A DNA stretch of 64,000 nucleotides. Source: Eledone cirrhosa (taxonomy: Eukaryota). Position numbers and translations under genes: made by a program. Positions 41,005 through 64,000 of the stretch are shown here, one piece after another. The notes under the pieces are model-generated. The model did not search any database and had not been told where the DNA came from. It saw only the letters and a program-made list of their open reading frames with translations. Location: contig OZ024753.1 in NCBI GenBank assembly GCA_964016885.1, positions 41,106,001 to 41,170,000 of the forward strand, read 5' to 3'. Within the stretch, counting starts at the first letter, position 1; every line of letters starts with the position of its first letter.

Positions 41005-44000
41005 CACACACACAGCAATTCTGGATATGTTTGTTGGCAACTTCTTTTTCCAACTTTTAAGTGTCTTCACGCTATTTTATAAGCTATCTTTATAGCATTA
41101 CTGCACTTGAACATATCCCTTATACTTATATATATACATATATATATTCTCAGCACTTAAAAGCCGAAAATTCAGCTTCATACATTGTTTGTATATATAA
41201 TAAATTTTTTTTATTGTTCTCCTTTATTCAGTTGGAAAAATTGACATTGGAAGTGTGCGGCTAAATTTCTGGGATCTCGGTGGTCAAGAAGAACTACAGT
41301 CATTGTGGGACAAAGTAAGTTAAGTTTTCCCATACAAAATGTTGAGAGAGAAATACAGTGAGAGAGAGAGAGAGACTGTGTGTGAAAGACATAAATATCA
41401 CCATAGTAACTAACTACACAGTAAGTGATGCTTTTCTGCCAATTATCCAAGCTTATTGCAAACCATTGTTGCTGGCTTGTGGGTTCGTTATTTGAGACAC
41501 CGTTCATAAACTAGTTTGTCCATGATGAGAGGTGTTTGTAATGAGGCATTCGTGAACTGTGAAGGCGCATGGCTTCGTGGTTAGAGCATTGGGCTTGCAA
41601 TCGAAAGGTTGTGAGTTCAATTCTCGAACCGGGTGATGTGTTGTTTCCTTGAGCATTTTATTTCACGTTGCTCCAGTTTACTCAGCTGTAGAAATGAGAT
41701 GATAGGACTGCGGTCCCTCTCTTTAAATCACCCAAGACACCTCCAACGAGATATACCTTGGAGGAGGCCAGCTAAACCTGCAGAGGTGTGAGCTGTAGCA
41801 ACAACAATTCATGAATTGATTTGTCCATGATGAGAGATGTTCATCAACCGAGATTCCACTGTATCTTTCCTTTTTATTTCAGTACTATGCTGAATCACAT
41901 GCTATCATTTACATTGTGGATTCTTCAGATGGAGAAAGATTAGATGAATCTAAAGAAGCTTTTGGTATGTTCTCTCTTGAGTTTTCACTGTTTTGCATTT
42001 ATTATTATTATTAGTTTTAGTTATGTTTTTATTATTTAGTCTCTGAAGGGCGGTGGATTGGCATTATCGGTAGAGCATTGGTCACCATGCTTTGTGACAT
42101 ATAGTTATGTTCTAAGTTCAAATCCTGCTGAGGTTAGCTTTGCTTTTCATCCTTTCAGGGTCTATAGAATAAAGTACCAGTAATGCACTGGGGGGTCGAT
42201 ATAATCGACTTTTCCCTCCCCCAAAATTGTTGGCATTGTGGTTAAATAAGAAACTCTTATTATTATTAATTTCCTAATTTAGGCAGTTTTGTGAGGAGGA
42301 TTTAGTCAATTAAATTGACCCCAGTACATGACTGGTTCTGTCGTTTCTCAATCTTGAAAAGATGAAATGTAAAGTTGATCTGAGCGGGATTTGAACTCAA
42401 AATATAACAGACTGTAACTAAATTCCTTTCTTTCATTTTGTTCAGTGTCCAAAATGCTCCAATTTTATTTGAATCTTTCTGTTCTCTCTTTATTTATCTT
42501 CTCAGATAAAATGATTTCCAATGAGGCCCTTGCGACAGTGCCACTTCTGCTCCTGGCCAACAAGCAAGATCTACAAGTAAGTAAAAAAAAATCATTGTTA
42601 TTATTATTACTTCTGAGAGTGTTGTGGGGGAAGAGGCCTCAGACATGCCTTCCAAAGGGCCCTATCAGTAGCAGGCACCTCCAACTGATCCTGCTAGATT
42701 TCCAGCACGACAAACTAAACTTATGGATGTTATCCCACCATATTACTCATGGTTTACTTCTGAGTCTCCTGCTGGCTGGCTTTACCCATAAAATCTGTCC
42801 AGCAATTCTTTCCTGGGACACTACAAGTTTATAGTGCCAGTTGTGATCTCTTGATTCTGTGAATTGGTGGCTCTACCTAGAGCAAAACCCTGATCGCTGA
42901 GCTGCACACCCTATTTTTTCAGCCAATACCCAAGATTCATGGCCATAACTAAGGGCAGGCGCTCTTTATTTTTCATAAGTCTTGAAGGTGTTGTAGGCGT
43001 GCTGTATTGACGCCATTTGTAGGGCATTTTTTTAAAACCTGGCCAAGCCCATCACCTCTCTAGGTTTGAATACAGCACCTTCTTTCCAGAGAAAGATAGA
43101 GAGTGAGAGAAAGGAAGTGAGATAGAAATATAGAGGAAGAATCAACCCCAGTAATAAACTGGTACTTTTTTTATTGACCTCGAATGGATGAAAGGCAAAG
43201 TTGATCTCGGCAGGATTTGAACTCAGAGAGCAGAAACAAATATCTCTTTGATGTTCTAACAACTCTACCTAAGGGTTGGCACAAACACTTATAACAAAGT
43301 AACCAAGGTTAAATATGGATTTTATTTTACTTTCTTTTTCTTCTTTTTCCAGGGATGTCTTCCATTAAATGAAGTAAAAAAAATATTTAGTTCCAACCCG
43401 TCATTAATTGGTCCAAGAGAGTGTAAAGCTGATGCTGTATCTGCACTAAGAGGGTAAGAATGGTGTTTTGTTGTTCTTTTAATGGTTTGAAGTTCAAATG
43501 CAGTTTGCAGTAAAATTAGGATAATTGAACCAAATAATTACTTCTATCTCTGATATAACAGCTCCATCCAGCATATTTCAGTTACATAGACCTGTTAAAG
43601 AAGAACACATTGGTTGTTCATATTTTTTTTTTATCGTTTTCGTTTCACATTTGAAAAGGGGGTTATAACCCTGAAATATCATGTTGAAATATACTGGGTT
43701 AAACATTAGTTTGTTTTATTTGTTATCTTTTGTCCTTTATATATTTCTACCACATTGTACCAGCTTTTAGAAAGGGATCTGTATCTTGCTTATGTACGGT
43801 CTTATGTTCAAACGAGTGTACAGGTGAGGTTATCATGTCTTTGACACTACTGAAGGATTATCCCAACCCTTTGGTAGGCTTTCTATGGCTGGATGCCGTT
43901 ACTATCACCAACTACTTTACAGAGTGTACTGGGTACATTTATCATTTAGATCACCAGCACTAGGGAGGCCGTCATGTCTTTGACATGACTGAAGGCTCTT

Positions 44001-44241
44001 CCCAACCCTTTTGTTTGGCAAGCGTTCTACAGCTGGATGCCCTTACTATCATCAGCCACTTTACAATATATACTGAGTGCATTTATCATGGTGGTCACTA
44101 ACACTAGAGAAGCTGTCATGTCTTTACATGACTGAAAGTGTTCTGTATCTAGAGATGATTGTCTAGGCTGGATTTGCAGAATGGAGATAACACAAGACAA
44201 GACAAGCCAGCAAGAGTGTTGGAATGGAATGAAACTAGGGA

Positions 44242-44294
<53 letters not shown>

Positions 44295-44435
44295 ATATTC
44301 CTTATTTATGTGTTTCTATTTCCTATTTCTTGTTGTTGTTGTAGAGATGGTGTCCATGAAGGAATTGACTGGGTTGTAAAAGCTGTTCAACAGAACAATG
44401 TGCGTCGACCTCCAACACAAAAGGATATCACCTGA
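39536..44435 (+). CDS. ARFRP1: ADP-ribosylation factor-related protein 1 (Arf-family small GTPase), 202 aa; exons 39536-39628, 40232-40319, 41232-41314, 41883-41964, 42506-42576, 43353-43453, 44345-44435
   Basis: All GT-AG and phase-compatible; MYTLLSGFWKYLFQKEEYFVLILGLDNAGKT (P-loop), ITTTVGLNIG, FWDLGGQEELQSLWDKYY, LANKQD, C-terminal RRPPTQKDIT. Confidence 0.97.
39822..40029. mobile_element. piggyBac-like MITE
   Basis: TTAACCC...GGGTTAA ends; homologous (reversed) to 46015-46246. Confidence 0.6.
40470..40512 (+). ncRNA. Hammerhead-like core in an ARFRP1 intron (family F)
   Basis: CTGATGA-a gga ctagca tcc-GAAA-cg-TT-aaga; stem I weak; relatives at ~16011-16050 (+) and 45329-45366 (-). Confidence 0.45.
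41561..41700 (+). mobile_element. Second tRNA-derived SINE family
   Basis: tggcttcgtgg A-box, gagttcaattc B-box, ttgctccagt..cagctgtagaaatgag core; minus copies near 47960-48125 and 59540-59690. Confidence 0.7.
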
Positions 44436-46014
44436 ATGGAGAGAGGAGGCACTAAAATGAAACAAACTATATATATATAAAAAAATAAAATATAGACTGT
44501 TCTAAATAAACGCCATGACAAAACAGCTACTCAGAATTACTTTGGCCACTGGCCCCATTGACCAGCAAATATCTATTTTGTATAGGAATTCCATACATCT
44601 ATCTGTAATGGATGGACATTAAAAAAAAAGATGTAATACAAAAATATATTAAAAAAAAATGTTATGGAATTTGTATGTATATTTATATACGTATGCACAC
44701 ACAAAGATATATATATATATATATAATGTTGTCCCCCAAAATTGTATACACATTAGAATGTTGTTGAAGTGTGTATACATTTTTTGCAGACACCCTGTAT
44801 ATATGTATATTTATGTACAAATATATATATATATATACACACACATATATATTTATATATATATACACATATATATATATATACATATATTTATATATAT
44901 ATATATATATACATGTATATATATGCACATATATATTATATATATATGTATATATTATATATATATATGTATATACACACACACACATATAAATATACAT
45001 GCATACACCACTGATCATTATGAACTGTGAAGCACCGCGACATTTGTGGGTGGAATTTAAACTTTATTTAAATTTTGTTGGGTTTTTTTTTTCAATTTTA
45101 ATTTTTGGTTGTTATAGTTTATAATAAATGTAGTTCTGGACACACAGACACGTGTGTGTTTTATGAAGCTAAAGTGAGATAGAAGTAAATAACAGCAAAT
45201 AGTATGTTAGAGTTTAAACACATTTCAGTAGTTCCCGAAAGGACTGTATATCTATGTTGTCAATCAAGTATGCAAAAAATAAGTGAAGAAATATATTAGT
45301 TTAATGCTTGATATAGTAGAAAAATAGAATCTTAAAGTTTCGGACACTAGTCCTTCATTAGAAGATAGAAAAAGAAGAGTAATAAAAGGTGGAATAAAAA
45401 GAAAGACAATAAGAAGAGGAAGGAACGAAAACAAAATTTTTTTTGAGAAAATACAGGTGTGTATTTAGTCAATCATTTTAGAGAAAATCTATCAAATAGC
45501 CAGGTAATATATCTATTAACGAGGTTTGATAATACTAGTCATTTTTGATGATTTTTTTCTTTAAAGTATTCCTCTATCTGATATCTTTATTTTTCTTGTG
45601 TGTCCATATCTACATTTAATGTAAACCTAAATGGATTCTTTGGAAAATCATTGGTGAATTTCGTTTTGGGGCGTTTTATTTTTGAGGGAACATAATTTAG
45701 AAGTAAATTTTTGGTGGGTTTTCTCTTCCCCTTCTTCCTTCAACTATCATCTACCTTCTCGTCCTTCTTATAATTTATCATGTCATAGTTTTTTTAAATC
45801 ATTTTTTGGAGAACTTCAAAATTATACACTTTGTCAGTGGAAGAAGACCATTACGAGTTTTTTTTCTCTCAGTCACCCCACCCATCACATCTCATAATTA
45901 TTCTCCATTTCATCAAAAGAAAGCAAAAAAAAACAAAAATAGCCAACTTATAAGAAACATCCATCAAAGCAAAACTCCATAAGATAGAAATAATTTATTT
46001 ACAATCATCTTTTC

Positions 46015-46246
46015 TTAACCCTTTAGCATTCACATTACTTTATATATACTATTGTATTTTTGTAGTAAACACTTTATCTTACATAATTATCTCACATAAT
46101 ATCGAATCTATGAGATTTTGATATTAATTATTTTGAGAACAATACCTTAACATCAGTAGTATAAGCGGCCAGTTTCAACTGGTTTGAACAGAAAGAGGTG
46201 AGATATTTCTGGCTGGATACGGCCGGATTGAATGCTAAAGGGTTAA
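46015..46246. mobile_element. piggyBac-like MITE
   Basis: ttaaccctttagcattca ... tgaatgctaaagggttaa terminal inverted repeats with TTAA. Confidence 0.75.
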
Positions 46247-47294
46247 ATGCTTTATATATTAGTTTATTTTGTTGTTTTTTTGTTCTTTTCCTTTTCTGCG
46301 TTGTATTTTATTTGCAAATTGTTTGGTTTTGAAATCATTTGTTGAAACTGATTCAATAATTACATCATGGCAGAGTCATTTTAAACCTTTCAAAGACACA
46401 GAAACTCTTATATATAGTTTGCTTTGCATTAATTTTCTTTCTTATGTCAACATTTTCATCACTGTTCTTGGTTGCCTAGCCACTGCCTGGTATAGTTATG
46501 TATCCCACCACAAACTCCTTGTCCAAAACCATCCTTCAGGATACTGTCGAGGGAAAGGCAGACAAAGAAAATCCTGGACTGGTCACAACACAGAGACTCT
46601 TTTATACCTGACGGAGAAGAAAGATCAGTGGCAACGATTGACTGCAAAAGGTGTCATTCTCAACGATTGATTGCACATCTATTGTGGTACTGCGACTGGC
46701 TGCACCAGTCGCCCCCCAACAACTGGCTGCGCCAATGGCACATCTAGTGTGGTAACCCAATGACTAGCTGCACCAATGGTACATCTACTGTGGTATCCCA
46801 ACTGGCTGCACCAGTTACACCTAGGGTGTCACCTCCCAACAATTGGCTGCATCAGTTGCAGGGAACATAAAAAAAACGAAGTCACTGACAGAATTCCTCT
46901 GTGATTAGGCTGTAAAGAGTTAACACAACAACGTAAATAACAACATGAATATGCTTTTGTTTGTCCCTTGTATAGCTAAAATGACTCTACCACAATGTAA
47001 TTGTTTGCCTTTTGGGGTTTTTCTTCTATATTGTCTTTAATTCCCTTCCAATCAATATTGCAATGAAGTGGGGGTGCTTCTATTCAACCAAAAAAACTAA
47101 CATGTCAAATATCAACAATAATTAAATAAAAATAAAAAAAGAGGGTGGTAAAAATTTTTTAAATGGATATTTCTTTTTTAATTATCTGTAAATAAATATG
47201 TGTAAGCCGACATTTATCATAATGTTGTTGTTGTTCTTGTTGCTGGTGTAGGCATATCTGATGTTCTAACGACTCCACCAATTTGCTGCATTCT

Positions 47295-47504
47295 TTAACC
47301 CTTTAGCATTTACATTACTGTATATACTACTTGTATTTTCACATTAAAGGCTTTATCTCACATAATATCGAATCTATGAGATTGATATTTATTTTGAGAA
47401 CAATACCCTCACATCGGTATGAGTGGCTGAATACAGCCGGTTTAAAAAGAAAGAGATGAGAGAATTCTGGCCAGATACAGCGGGTTTAAATGTTAAAGGG
47501 TTAA
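47295..47504. mobile_element. piggyBac-like MITE (same family)
   Basis: ttaaccctttagcattta ... taaatgttaaagggttaa. Confidence 0.75.
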
Positions 47505-48588
47505 AGACAGTATTAATGGTCATGAGAAACAAATGAGGACTGCTAAACCTTAAACTTTTCAGACAAGTTACTCATCTACTAAACATTTAGGACACTGTAA
47601 AGAGTAAAGACCTCCTTCAGTCACGAATGACCATGGGATTTGCATCTAGAAAGTTCCCCTCCAAAGTACAAGTCCGATCAAGGTGCGTTTGTGGAAGACC
47701 AGCAGTTACCCATACATACCAGTCTCCCCTCTCTCCACACCACCGATGTTGTCCAAAGAAAAAGGCAATGGCTGATACAGCTTGACACCAGAGACGTGAC
47801 AACATATATATATATTATATACATTTGATATACACTATATATGATGTTGTCCAAAGGAAAAGGCAATGGCTGATACAGCTTGACACCAGAGACGTGACAA
47901 CATATATATATATTATATACATTTGATATACACTATATATGATGTTGTCCAAAGGAAAAGGCAATGGCTGATACAGCTTGACACCAGAGACGTGACAACT
48001 CATTTCTACAGCTGAATGAACTGGAGCAATGTGAAATAAAATGTCTTGGTCAAGGATACAACACACAGCCCAGTCTGGGAATCAAACTCACAACCTCAGG
48101 ATTGTAAGCCCAATGCTCTAACCACTCAAACAATAATACCAAGTTCCAAGTTTACAAACAAAACAATAAATCAAGACAAAAGCTAAATCCAGTTTGTTTC
48201 AGAATTTAATGAATAAATAATTCAAATTAAAAAGTGGGGAGGGGGAGACCAAAGTCATTTAGCATGTTTGAAGGAGGAACTGAAGAATTCTACAAGGCAT
48301 TCCTGTTTGCACAATCTGTTCTGCAGAATAGTTAAACCCAAGAATTCAGAAGCATCAATTCAGTACTGACTGAAAAGGTCTCTGTATGGTTCATGTGCCA
48401 TTTCACCCTCTCACCAAAAAGTGGGCCATCAACAACAACACTTTTAACAGTAACCCCACTTTCGGGGCAGCTGGGTTGACCAGATGTTCAGTTACTGTAA
48501 ATAGCAGGTGAAGTGAACAGTTTCAGGTAAGTATTATTAAAAATCTATCATGGTCAGCAGTTTAACCCATAGACATTCACTGAACTTT

Positions 48589-63438
<14,850 letters not shown>

Positions 63439-64000
63439 CTGAAAAAAATAATCAAAACAAATAATGTTTATTTTTCATTTATGATTAGTAAAGTAAAGTA
63501 AAGTTAATGAAGATTATCCTGATATGGATATGATGCAAATAGATGATGATTGTTGGGTGAAGGAATGCCAAGTAATCACAGTGGAAGGAAGCTGCAGAAG
63601 AGGAAGACCTGGATGGAAGTGGTGAGAGCTGATCGCAGATTGCTAAAGCTCACGAAGGAGATGACAAAGGGATGTGAACAGATGACGATTAGTTAAGTAA
63701 AACAGAGCAAGATTTCCCTGATAAAGACGAGAAGCATATGGCTGATGATGGTTGGGTGAAGAAACGCTAAGAAATGACTCTTCAACAGTTCCAAACATAT
63801 TAATCCTCCTTTGGTGATCTACATAATAAATACACCCAGTACATTCTGTAAAGTGGTTGGTGATAGGAAGGGCATTTAGGTGAAGAGAACCTGCCAAACA
63901 AAACTATTGGGAAGACTCTACAGTTGTGACAAAGTCACAACAACTTTTGTAATATTGGTGGCACAATAAAATGCACTCAGTAGAGTGCTGGTTCTTGTAG

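Overview
AT-rich, microsatellite-dense eukaryotic genomic DNA. The repeat content suggests a cephalopod, probably an octopus (inference). Nearly all entries in the ORF track are simple-repeat artefacts. Spliced genes read by hand: (i) ARFRP1, + strand, 7 coding exons, 39536-44435, 202 aa; (ii) a convergent UPF3 (NMD factor), - strand, 11 exons visible from 63438 to 48589, 5' end outside the window, with a charged 9-aa tandem repeat; (iii) a candidate unrecognised - strand gene with phase-compatible exons between ~32031 and 23540. Repeats include tRNA-derived SINEs, a 3-kb 27-bp minisatellite derived from a SINE core, four R4/Dong-type non-LTR 3' fragments in (TAA)n, RTE fragments, and piggyBac/mariner/hAT-like MITEs. 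The most striking signal is about 20 type-I hammerhead ribozyme motifs (intact and degenerate) from roughly ten unrelated sequence families. They lie in or next to short non-coding fold-back (inverted-repeat) cassettes inserted into (TA)n tracts, an architecture matching Penelope-like pseudo-LTRs. They include stem covariation between copies, one long-stem canonical GUC ribozyme (27052-27133) and one with a compensatory U3-A8 core (35704-35741). All structures were read by eye; none was computed or tested.
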